From Octopus vulgaris (lineage: Eukaryota), in NCBI GenBank assembly GCA_951406725.2, contig OX597819.1, positions 89,900,001 through 89,964,000 on the forward strand: a stretch of 64,000 nt of DNA, given 5' to 3'. Both the position numbers and the translations under genes were made by a program. Below the pieces are notes generated by a model. That model made no database searches and had not been told where the DNA came from. It saw only the letters and a program-made list of their open reading frames with translations. Positions 38,050 to 48,930 of this stretch are shown here, piece by piece (positions within the stretch are counted from its first letter, which is position 1; each line of letters begins with the position of its first letter).

Positions 38050-39362
38050 TTAGAGGTTAAAGTAACCATCTAAGAGATAATAAATATGTATACCTATGTA
38101 TACCAGATGTATACCTATGTATTTATATCCAAGACAGTATTGCAATTGAATACTAGGTATGAGTAGGGGTAAAACAGAAATTTACCCAGAATTTATAAGG
38201 CAAATAAGAAAATGGAGAGGATAATCAATTGACAAACATCAGCCTGTAAACATTCATTTAAATCTATTTATTAATTGATTCCAATCATATGTATAAGTAA
38301 TCAAAATAAACAAATGAAATAAGCAAATAAACAAGTAAATAAGTAAATAAAAATAAACAAATAAGAATAAATGAGTGAAAAAATACTAGACCCTTACAGC
38401 TGTTCCTACTATGGGGTTGTCTAATCTGCCCAGTTTTCCACAGCATACCAGTAATATACAGGGATTGTACAAAGGTTGAACAAACATTGAACAGGGGTTG
38501 GACAATGATTCAGCCCCAAAGCTTCATCAGAGAGACCATAATGTTTGGTATCTAACATGTGAGGAAGTAAGGTAAAACGATAAAATAAAACAAAATAATA
38601 GCATAATAGAAATAGAAAGGAATGGTAACAACGTCAATTCCAAGGTGATATCCATAAGCTATGGGATTACATCTTATGGTAAAGAAAGTCACTTACAAGG
38701 GTAATTTCCACAGGTGGAGGCGCAATGGCCCAGTGGTTAGGGCAGCGGACTCGCGGTTTCGATTCCCAGACCGGGTGTTGTGAGTGTTTATTGAGTGAAA
38801 ACACCTAAAGTTCCACGACGCTCCGGCAGGGATGGTGGTGATCCCTGCTGTACTCTTTCACCACAACTTTCTCTCACTCTTACTTCCTGTTTCTGATGTA
38901 CCTGTATTTCAAAGGGCCAGCCTTGTCACTCTCTGTGTCACGCTGAATATCCCCGAGAACTACGTTAAGGGTACACGTGTCTGTGGAGTGCTCAGCCACT
39001 TACACGTTAATTTCACGAGCAGGCTGTTCCGTTGATGGGATCAACCGGAACCCTCATCGTCGTTACCGACGGAGTGCTTCCACTCCAATTTCCACAGGTT
39101 ATGTGAGTTACATCCTATTTCAATTTCACTGGGGGAAATAACTGGAAAACTTGGCAGATTAAGCAACCCCATAATAGAAACAGCTGTAAGAGTTTTTTCA
39201 TTCATTTATTTATTTTTATTTACTTGTTTATTTGCTTATTTCATTTGTTTATTTTGATTACTTATACATATGATTGGAATCAATTAATAAATAGATCTAA
39301 ATGAATGTTTACAGGCTGATGTTTGCCGATTGATTATCCTCTCCATTTTCTTATTTGCCTTA
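38050..39362. mobile_element. PLE-style inverted-repeat element between (TA)n tracts, with an extended hammerhead (minus, 38391-38534)
   Basis: Arms about 38195-38440 and 39140-39362; minus strand reads CTCT-CTGATGA-[~117 nt]-GGAA-CAGCTG-TA-AGGG; + arm has GAAACAGCTGTAAG. Confidence 0.6.
38716..39086 (+). mobile_element. Young tRNA-derived SINE (Nin/Deu-like) with 13-bp TSD
   Basis: AATTTCCACAGGT at 38703-38715 and 39087-39099; A/B boxes. Confidence 0.85.
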
Positions 39363-39373
39363 TATATATATAT

Positions 39374-39539
39374 AGGCGCAGGAGTGGCTGTGTGGTAAGT
39401 AGCTTGCTTACCAACCACATTGTTCCAGGTTCAGTTCCACTGCGTGGCACTTTGGGCAAGTGTCCTCTACTATAGCCTTGGGCTGACCAAAGCCTTGTGA
39501 GTGGATTTGGTAGACAGAAGCTGAAAGAAGCCTGTCGTG

Positions 39540-39570
<31 letters not shown>

Positions 39571-39772
39571 TTGTGTGTCTGTGTTTGTCCCCCCAACATC
39601 ATTTGACAACCGATGCTGGTGTGTTTACATCCCTGTAACTTAGCGGTTCAGTAAAAGAGACATATAGAATAAGTACCAGACTTACAAAGAATAAGTCCTG
39701 GGGTCGATTTGCTCGACTAAAGGTGGTGCTCCAGCATGGCCACAGTCAAATGACTGAAACAAGTAAAAGAGT
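39374..39772 (+). mobile_element. CORE-like SINE, full length
   Basis: GGCGCAGGAGTGGCTGTGTGG head through the GACTGAAACAAGTAAAAGAG tail. Confidence 0.9.
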
Positions 39773-39795
39773 ATATATATGTATATGTATGTATG

Positions 39796-39846
<51 letters not shown>

Positions 39847-39919
39847 ATGTGTACTTGTGTTCGTCCCCACCTTTGCTTGACAACCAATGGTAATGTGTTT
39901 ACATTCCAGTAATTTTTTC

Positions 39920-40100
39920 ACTACACTCACGGAGTGATTGGCGTTAGAAAGGGCATCCAGCTGTAGAACACTGCCAGATCAGACTGGAGCCTGGTGCAGC
40001 CTCCTGGCTTCCCAGACCCTGGCTGAACTGTCCAACCCATGCTAGCACGGAAAACAGACGTTAAACGATGATGATGGTGATGATGATGATGATGATGATG
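39920..40100 (+). mobile_element. RTE-type 3' end with (GAT)n tail
   Basis: Family tail. Confidence 0.75.
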
Positions 40101-40765
40101 ACGTATTGGTGTTGATTCTTTTGACTAAAATTCTTCAAGTCAGTGCTCCAGCGTGGCCACAACCTAATGACTGAAATAAATAAAATACAAAAAGATAATT
40201 CAAAACAATATGAACAAATATTTGTATTCAACAGATTAACCTGAACGCTAAGGGTTAAATCAGGTTGGTTTTGATAAAAATAGAAGTGAAGAGTTTCTTG
40301 GTCCTGATGGAATAAGTAGAAAGAAGAACAGAGAAAAACGGCACTGCAAAGGAAGTTATGAGTGAAGGTGTGACTTTAAACATCTCAAATATCACTCCAG
40401 CTTATTTTGTAGTATCTTCTGACAAACTATGGAAAGATTGCCTGAAAAATAGTCTGACCTATGACTTGGTGATGTGTAAAATGTAATTGATCAAAATGAC
40501 AACAAAGTTGCTTACAGGAAGAACATCTACTTCTTAAAATAACAATGCAGTCTAATGTATTAACATATTCTATTTCATGGCTAGCTATTAATTGATTACT
40601 CTACAAGCATAGAAAAGTGAACATTGAATATTATATTATTGTTGCTGTTGTTATTGTTGTTGTTGTTGTTGGTTGTTGTTGGTGTTGTTGTTGTTGGTGG
40701 TGGTGGTGGTGGTGGTGGTGGTGGTTGTTAAGCAACAAGCCGGGTAAGGGTGATTAGGTGATGGT

Positions 40766-41320
40766 CTAGGGCTTAGGGGCGGGACACCCCAGACCTTGGG
40801 GAAAAAAAAAAATCTTTGGTCGTCTTGTTGTAGGCTCTTTGTTGATGCCCAACACCACTGGGAGGTGGCCCTCGAAGTTGCTGGAAATGGAGATCTCCAG
40901 GTCCAAATTCTTGAACGGCTGGTGGTGGTGGTGGTGGTGATCATGGTGATCGTTGTCATATTTTCTACTGTATGCACAATGCCTGAAGTTTTGGGGGAGT
41001 GGGCTCCCTCTGAGTTTTCCTGTCCTGCTAACCAGTTTGAGTGTTGTTTGTAATTGACCGTGTTGAATTGGGGGTGTCTCCCGAAGAAGGCAGCAAAGTA
41101 TTCTGTGCTGGTGGTTGGAAACTATTAGACTGAGTTGCTGTCTCTGTAGCGGACTATGGAGCTGCTGATGATGCTGGCTGGTGCAATTTTGCGGTTTGCT
41201 GGAATGGTGGGGGAGAAGGCCACTGCAAGAGAGATCCAGCGAGCCCCCAACTGGTTCTCCAGTCTTGAAGGTGTAATGTGAATGTGTAATGATGGAGCTG
41301 GCTGGTGTGGAGACACAGGG
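40766..41320 (-). other. Candidate (terminal) exon of an unidentified host gene
   Basis: Unique ~50% GC block; acceptors ..tcccctctgtgttcag|41320 and ..tctctcttgcag|41222; one frame stays open to 40766 (His/Gln-rich), another ends ...RYRDSNSV* at 41125. Confidence 0.4.
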
Positions 41321-41617
41321 CTGAACACAGAGGGGACAAATTACAAAGTAGAGCTTTTCTTTTTGGGGAGAAAAACAAAGTGGGGGTAGGTTTTCAATCA
41401 AAAGAGATCGTAAAAAAAAAACCGATCAATAGCGATCGTGTATTACAGAAATGTCATGATGTAAAGTGTAAAGGAGGAAACAGATAAGGTTTATCCGTGA
41501 AAAGAAAAGCCTACGGAAAAGACCACGGTAACCTCAGTCAATAATGTCACATGTTAACACATTTTTTTGCAAGTAAGTAGATAGATAGACAGACAGACAG
41601 AAAAACTGTCAGATAGA

Positions 41618-42030
41618 TAGCTGTGTGGTAAGTAGCTTGCTTACCAACCACATAGTTCCGAGTTCAGTCTCACTGTGTGGCACTTTGGGCAAGTATCCTC
41701 TACTAAAGCCTTGGGCCGACCAAAGCCTTGTGAGTGGATTTGGTGGATGGAAACTGAAAGAAGCCCGTCATATATATGTGTGTGTGTATATATATATATA
41801 TATATGTGTGTGTGTATATGTTCGTGTGTCTGTGTTTGTCCCCCCAACATTGCTTGACAACTGATGCTGGTGTGTTTAGGTCCCTGTAACTTAGCAGTTT
41901 GGCAAAAGAGACCAATAGAATAAGTACTAGGCTTACAAAGAATAAGTCATGGGGTTTATTTGCTCAACTAAAGGCGGTGCTTTAGCATGGCCACAGTCAA
42001 ATGACTGAAACTAGTAAAAGAGTAAAAGAG
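41618..42030 (+). mobile_element. CORE-like SINE
   Basis: Full copy. Confidence 0.85.
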
Positions 42031-42104
42031 AGAGATAGCTAGGTCGGTAGGTAGGTAGGTAGGTTGGTAGATAGACAACATTTCTTTTTGCAATTTCCAT
42101 ATTT

Positions 42105-42750
42105 TCAACTGTTGATTTCATTGGTCCCCGGTGTTTCACTGGTACTTAATTTATTGACCCTGGAAGGATGAAAGGGGCAAAGTCAACCTTGGTAGAATTT
42201 GAACTCAAAATGTAGTAAGGGATGAAATACTGCTAAGCATTTCCCTCGGTGTGCTAATGATTCTGACATTCGCCGCCTTAATAATAATAATAATTAGAAT
42301 TATAATAATGGTTTCAAATTTTAGTACAATGCCAGCAATTGTAAAGGAAGGGCTAAGTTAATAAAACAGTTACATCCCCAAAAAAAGACTTGTGGAATTT
42401 GTACTCAGAACATAAACTAGGAACTATTTTGCCGCTAGCATAAAGCCACTAACTATTTTGTCCTCTGTGCTAACGATTTTGCTAGCTCACCATCTTAATG
42501 ATAATACTAGTGGTTTCAGATTTTGGCACACAGCCAGCAGTTTTTGAGGCGAGGAAGAAGTCAATTACATTGACCCCAGTTCTTGGCTGGTAGTTATTTT
42601 ATTGACCCCATAAGGATGAAAGGCAGGGTTTACCTCAGCGGCATTTGAACTCAAAACATGCTGCTAAGCATTTTGTCCAGCATGGTAATGATTCTGCCAC
42701 CTTACAACCTTAATAATAATAATTCAGATTTTGGCACAAGACCAGCAGTT
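42105..42750 (-). mobile_element. Cluster of MetaSINE-like copies separated by (TAA)n
   Basis: Repeated TTGACCCC..AGGATGAAAGGC..TTTGAACTCA. Confidence 0.65.
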
Positions 42751-42754
42751 TTGG

Positions 42755-43135
42755 GGACCTAGAAATTGAAATACAGAAGATGTGGCATCTTAAAGCAAGA
42801 ACTGTTCCTGTTATTGTAGGTGCCCTAGGTATAATAAAAAAAGGGATGTCAGAGACAACTAGATAACATCTGAGGAGAACCATGTTTCAGAGAAATCTAA
42901 AAGATTGTGCTGACAAATACTGCCCACATCCTCAGAAAAACCCTATCAATTTAAATGCCTGTGTTGTATTACATGAAGATATTTCATTACTGCCCCTGCC
43001 ACTTTCCCTCTCCAAGCTTTCAATCATGCTGTAACATCTCTTATCCTTCACTTGCTCTAGGATGCTGGGTGTGTCTCAGCAAGTGATTGTAACAAACATG
43101 CAAATTAAAAGAAAATGATAACAACAACAACAATA
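42755..43135 (+). pseudogene. R4/Dong-like (restriction-like endonuclease) retrotransposon 3' end
   Basis: DLEIEIQKMWHLKARTVPVIVGALGIIKK...EI*KIVLTNTAHILRKTLSI* followed by a UTR and a (TAA/CAA)n tail. Confidence 0.7.
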
Positions 43136-43334
43136 AGTGTTCTCCATGTAAAGGAGTTTGACAAACTTAGTAACACAGCATCCCAGGAGAAGCATGTGAT
43201 GATGATGATGACTGATAACGCAATGTAACACATGTTTTGTTTATTTGTATTTTTTAATGTTCATATATGCATTTTTTGCCACTAAATTCAAAAATCACAT
43301 TCATTTTGACATAACATTGATGGTTATTTATTTT

Positions 43335-46300
43335 GATTGATTGATTGATTGATTCTAGTTTCAGCTTATGAGCTGTGGCCATGCTGGGGCACCGCCATTT
43401 GGTGTTGCTACTTGGTTTCACTTCATGGAGGCTTTCTAGCAACTGCTATTTGGTGCATGAGAGAGTTCGATGCAGCTGCCCTCATCTGCCCCTCCTGCCG
43501 TGAAGTTGGTTCATCTGGGACACCTGACAGGAAGAGATCCAGCTTCATTTTAAAGACATTTGTATCCACCCCATGCAGGTCTCTCAGGTTCTTCGGGAGG
43601 ATATTGAAGAGCTGTGGGCCTCGGAAGCCCAGGCTATCACAGAATCTTGTCCTACATCTTGATGGCAGGTTTGGAGTCCTAGGCACCACGCAGTGGCGCC
43701 CAGTTCTGGCATTTGCGTAACTCTCGATGCCAAAGTTCAGGACACTTCCCTCCAGGATCTTCCAGATGTATATTATGGCATATCTTTCCCGCCTACGCTC
43801 CAGGGAATATAATTTTAATCTCTTGAGTCTTTCCCAGTAGCTTACATTCTGCATAGAGGCTATCTTCTTTGTGTAGCTTCGTTGGATCGCCTCAAGTTCT
43901 GTGATCAACTTGACACTGGATGGTGACCATAGCTGAGAGCAATAGTCAAAGTGGCTTAGGACAAGTGTCTTCCAGAGGACCATCATGGTTTCTTGTTCTC
44001 TTGTTCTAAAGGTTCTAAGAATCCATCCAGCCAGCCGTCTACATTTCATTGTCAGTTTAGCAACATGTACATGAAAGGTCGCGTCATCACTCATGTGAAT
44101 ACCAAGGTCACGCACTGATTGTGCCTCTGGGATTGCAATCCCTCCGGGTCCAGTGTATTCATTGGGTATTGCATTCAGTTTTGCATGCTGATAGTATAAA
44201 GCTTGAAACTTTCCAGCATTGAACTGCATGCTATTCTTTTCAGCCCACTTGTATATTTCGTCCAGCTCACATTGCAGGTGTTTAGTGTCCTCAGGGTTCT
44301 GTATTGCCTGTGAGACTTTTGTATCATCTGCATAACTTGTGATCGTGGCTCTCTGCGTGGCTGAGGGCATGTCTGAGAGGGCCATTATGAACAGTAGTGG
44401 TCCCAGAACAGTGCCCTGCGGAACACCGCTCACTATTTGTGTGTTAATGGAGGTGGCCCCATTGGCTACTACCACCTGACTTCTATCCTTCAGAAAGTCA
44501 TGAAGCCATTCTCCCAGTTTTCCAACTATGTTGAGATCACGCAGTTTGTGACATATCATTCCATGATCGACTTTATCAAAGGCCTTTGCAAAGTCGAGAT
44601 ATATCACTTCCACATTTGAGTGGTTGAGCAGCCGTTTCAGCACCCAGTCATAGTGTTGTAGGAGCTGAGTTAAACAGCTTCTCCCTGGTCGGAAACCATG
44701 TTGGGTGTCGGGCAGCAGGTCATTCTCTTCAAGGAAGGTGATCAGCTTCCTTCTGACTATTCGTTCCATGACCTTGCTGATGTGTGAGGTCAGAGAGATA
44801 GGTCTATAGTTCTTGGCTTCCGCTCTGCTACCTCCTTTATGAATGGGGCATATTTTACCTTCCTTCAGTTTTCCTGGAAGTTTGCCAGCTGCAAGGAAGC
44901 TCTGAAAGAGGAACTGCAGTGGTCTTGCTAGGACTCTCTTACATGCTTTTAGGAGGATTGCCGGGAATCCATCGGGGCCAGTAGCTGAGTCTGTTTTCAT
45001 TTCATCTATAGCCTTGGTTACATCGTCTTCCTTTATATCGATGTAATCTATCGTCGCCGCCTCTGATTTTATATCTGCAGTGGTAAAAAAGTCAGTTGGA
45101 TTGGTGATTTGGAGATGCCCAAGGGGTGGAGTGAAAACACTCTTGAATTGCTCATTCAGTATTTCACTTACCCTCATTGGTTTTCCTGTAAGTGTGCCAT
45201 CCTTTTCAAGGAGTGGCCCTATTCTACAGTGCACTGTAGCTGTTTCTTTGGCATACCTGTAGAAAGCTCTGGGGTTAGATTTTATGTTTTCTATAGCCCA
45301 GGCTTCTTTGTCTGCTCTTTCTTTTTCATGGGAGAGTTGCAGACATTTTTCGATTTCCAACAGTTTTATTTTTAGGCGGGACTTTTCACTGCTTTCAATC
45401 TGTTTGTTTAGGCGATTTGAAAATTTCGTACGCCGTCTCATTAAAATTTTCCTCTCTCTGGGGATTTTGTTCTTGTGTACAGTGGCCTTTCTCTCTGGGA
45501 CACATTTGTAGCATATGGCTTGCATTACAGACATGAATTGTTGAAGTTTCACATCGATGTCTGGCGAGGAGAGACATTCAGGCCAGTTTTGTTTGAGGAT
45601 CTCTTTCTCAATTTGTTTCCAGTTTGCCTTATGGTAGTTCAAGCTGGAAAGATTTTGAGGGTTTCTTGTAGGCTGCATGTCCGTGCTCTCTTTTGGCCCG
45701 TACATGGTCAGCTCTATCATGTTGTGATCCGAGAGTAGTGTCGGTGTCACTTTCACATTATGGATGAGATCCATGTCATTTGTGAAGCAGAGATCCAGTG
45801 TGTTACCTGCCCTGGTTGGTTGGAGTATTACCTGCTCCATGTACAGGGTGTTGATGAGGTTCAGGAGGGACCTCGCCTGTCCTCGTTCACATCTTGTCAT
45901 TCCTGGGAGAGAAAGGCCCTCGGGCCATCTGACATTGGGCAGATTGAAGTCTCCCATAAGAAGCACACCTATGTGTTGTTCTAATGTGGTTAGAATTTCT
46001 TCTATTTTTATAAGGCAGTCTTCGAACTTGCCCACATGGCTTGGGGCATCTGGAGGGCGATATGTAGCACACACAACTACATCAAGTTGCCTAATATGTA
46101 CAATTAGTGTGTCACACACCGAGTTTGAGTATGACAAGAGGACCTGGGGTGTGAGGTCCTCACGGATGTACATAGCAACACCTCCATGACTCCTTTCTTT
46201 CCTGTCGGTCCGTAGTACAGCATACTGTGGTATGTGTAACTCCGCATCTGCTATGTCCGGTTTCAGGTGCGTTTCTGTAAGTGCTATGCATAAGGCTTGA

Positions 46301-46500
46301 TTGCATGCAACAAAGTCTCTCAGGAACGGATCTTTGTCCTGTTACTGAGTGTTTGCAGTCCTCTGATGTTCAGTAGGAGTATCGAGGTGAGGTGTACGGT
46401 GTTGCCGGCGGTGTCCATCCTGTGTCTGTTTGCTGTGGTGGTCTGGTATATAGTGGGTAGTCCCACCTGCGGGCTTGGGTTTGATGAAGCCAGGTCAGCT
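43335..46500 (-). mobile_element. CR1/L2-group LINE, copy 1
   Basis: APE+RT ORF, short 3' UTR with stem-loop, (AATC)n tail at 43335-43354. Confidence 0.9.
43423..46418 (-). CDS. LINE ORF2: apurinic endonuclease + reverse transcriptase (1-nt frameshift near 46327)
   Basis: LNIRGL, ALTETH, YRPP, GDFN, LDL, SDH; GPDG, NYRPISL, QHGFR, LDFAKAFD, GVPQG, YADD. Confidence 0.9.
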
Positions 46501-46607
46501 GCTGTACAATCTTTTTATTCCTAATTTCATATTTGCTCGTTATATTTGTAACTTTTCTCTACAGCACTTTGTTGGTTCAATCTATTCTAGTACTGTAAGG
46601 ATAATTA

Positions 46608-47769
46608 CACAACATTTAGAACTTTTTCATATATTAAAAGGTATGTAGGAAGTATAATATTAGTTAGAACAAAAAGAAACAATAAAACTCTGCACTGTAG
46701 ATGCCTTGATAACTCTTTTCTTAAGATGAGAAGTGCTTTGACGATTGAGATTTTCTGGAGTGTATACCTTCATCTCTTCTGACTAGAAACCATATATAAT
46801 CTGCCATCATAGCAGTATCCCCTCGTCCTTGGTATCTTCTTTCCATAGTTGCAATGTCCTGATGAAATCTCTCACCATGATACTCACTTCAAGGCATTTC
46901 CAGTACACAGATATCTTGCAGTCTTCCCCCAGTAGATTCCATTCCTTCAACCTTGGTGAAAGAAGTTCAGCTCCTGATTTAGTAAGACCCAGATCCCTGA
47001 TTAAATCATCTAGCTCACTCTGATTTGGAAAGTGAGGCTCCGAAATCGTTCTCGATACGAAAGCTTCCTCCATTTCTTGGCTGCTGCTACTTGTTGACTC
47101 TTCAGATGAAATATTTTCTGGTGGTAGTGGTACTTGTAAACTCATCATGTGGGGCAGGTGCTCTAGATGATGGTATGTCTGGATACTGAAGAGCTTGTCT
47201 TCCTTTCACTTTTCTGTATTTTGTCACATCGATCATACAAAAGTAACAGTCATCATGATGGTTCTTTGGCTCTCTCCATACTCTTGGACTGGCAAAAGAC
47301 ATTAACCTTCCTGTACCTCTTAACCTTCCTTCTAGAGTAGATTGATAGCTTCCACATATCACATGTGGGACCCATGGTTTGTCCTGGTCACCCATGGGAA
47401 TTCCGAAATAGAGTCTGTATGCTATCCACAATTTGGCACCTTTCACGATCTTATGTAATACCTGCTTTTTCCCAATATAATAACCACACACATAGCAAAA
47501 TGTATCTGGAGAATTTGTACACACTCTAGTAGCCATCCTGAAAATAGCAGAACTTAGTAATTGGTCTGAAAGAGAAAATTAGACATACATTCAGTAGCGG
47601 GACATAATAACAATATCGAATATATAATAACATTGAAAGTTGACATATTTTTTTAACTGTTGATGATACACAAAAAATAATTTCATTTTTGGAATCAGCA
47701 GAAAAAATGGTTTAATAAACAAAAAAAAATACAATAAACAAATTTTGTTTTGAAAATTGTTACGTTGTG
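46608..47769 (-). mobile_element. Internally deleted Chapaev3-like (CMC group) DNA transposon
   Basis: N-terminal FCYVCG..GDQDKPWVPH..WREPKNHHDDCYFC..YPDIPSS; SELDDLIRDLGLTKSGAELL..RLKEWNLL joined to C-terminal HGERFHQDIATMERRYQGR..MMADYIW; CACAAC/GTTGTG ends. Superfamily call from motif recall. Confidence 0.65.
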
Positions 47770-48105
47770 TAATCTTTCATAGTTTAACACATTTCAATTA
47801 TTTACAAGAGTTTATCATCTAAATAACAGAATATTAACTGACAAAAAATATAACTATAAACTATAAATACAAACAAATAAATACAAACAAAGAAGAAAGA
47901 AACAAATGGAGACACGGTAGAGTACAAGGGACTGTTTTCTTTAACTCATGTTAGTGATAACTTCACTAGTTCTGGTAGCATGATGAAATACACCCAGTTC
48001 ATATTGCAAAGTGGTTGGTAATAAGGGCATCTACCAGTAAAACCATGACAAAAAATGACATGAACATACACTGTGAAAGTTTTGACCAGTTTTCGTTTTT
48101 CTGTT

Positions 48106-48326
48106 GTATGAGGGAGTGCTGAAAAGTTCCTGGCTTTAAGGGTATTGTGAAAGGCCTGGTTGGAGACCCAACCTTCCAAGTTCTTTTACAGGGCTTAGAA
48201 AAACTGGAGGACTGCTGCAATAAGTGTGTGAATCGGAGAGGGGAATATGTTGAATGAAATTATAATTAACTGGTCTTCCTGTATTTTCTTTTACACAAAG
48301 CCAGGAACTTTTCAGTGTTCCCTTAT
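48106..48326. mobile_element. mariner-type MITE
   Basis: TGAGGGAGTGCTGAAAAGTTCCTGG...CCAGGAACTTTTCAGTGTTCCCTTA. Confidence 0.75.
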
Positions 48327-48419
48327 ATGTATGTATATATATATATTTCGTCTTTTGTTTATTTTCATAAAGCTTCCCGTTATATATCATCATCATCATC
48401 ATCGTTTAACGTCCATTCT

Positions 48420-48468
<49 letters not shown>

Positions 48469-48477
48469 GTAAAAAGC

Positions 48478-48577
48478 NNNNNNNNNNNNNNNNNNNNNNN
48501 NNNNNNNNNNNNNNNNNNNNNNNNNNNNNNNNNNNNNNNNNNNNNNNNNNNNNNNNNNNNNNNNNNNNNNNNNNNNN
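48478..48577. other. Assembly gap (100 N)
   Basis: Run of n. Confidence 1.
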
Positions 48578-48930
48578 GTGATTGTAACAAACATGCAAAT
48601 TAAAAGAAAATGATAACAACAACAACAATAAGTGTTCTCCATGTAAAGGAGTTTGACAAACTTAGTAACACAGCATCCCAGGAGAAGCATGTGATGATGA
48701 TGATGACTGATAACGCAATGTAACACATGTTTTGTTTATTTGTATTTTTTAATGTTCATATATGCATTTTTTGCCACTAAATTCAAAAATCACATTCATT
48801 TTGACATAACATTGATGGTTATTTATTTTGATTGATTGATTGATTGATTCTAGTTTCAGCTTATGAGCTGTGGCCATGCTGGGGCACCGCCATTTGGTGT
48901 TGCTACTTGGTTTCACTTCATGGAGGCTTT

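Noticed and set aside
46565-46594. Possible 30-nt plus-strand micro-exon (ctacag|...|gtaagg)
   Set aside because: Wedged between two transposons with no other plus-strand exon support; likely chance.
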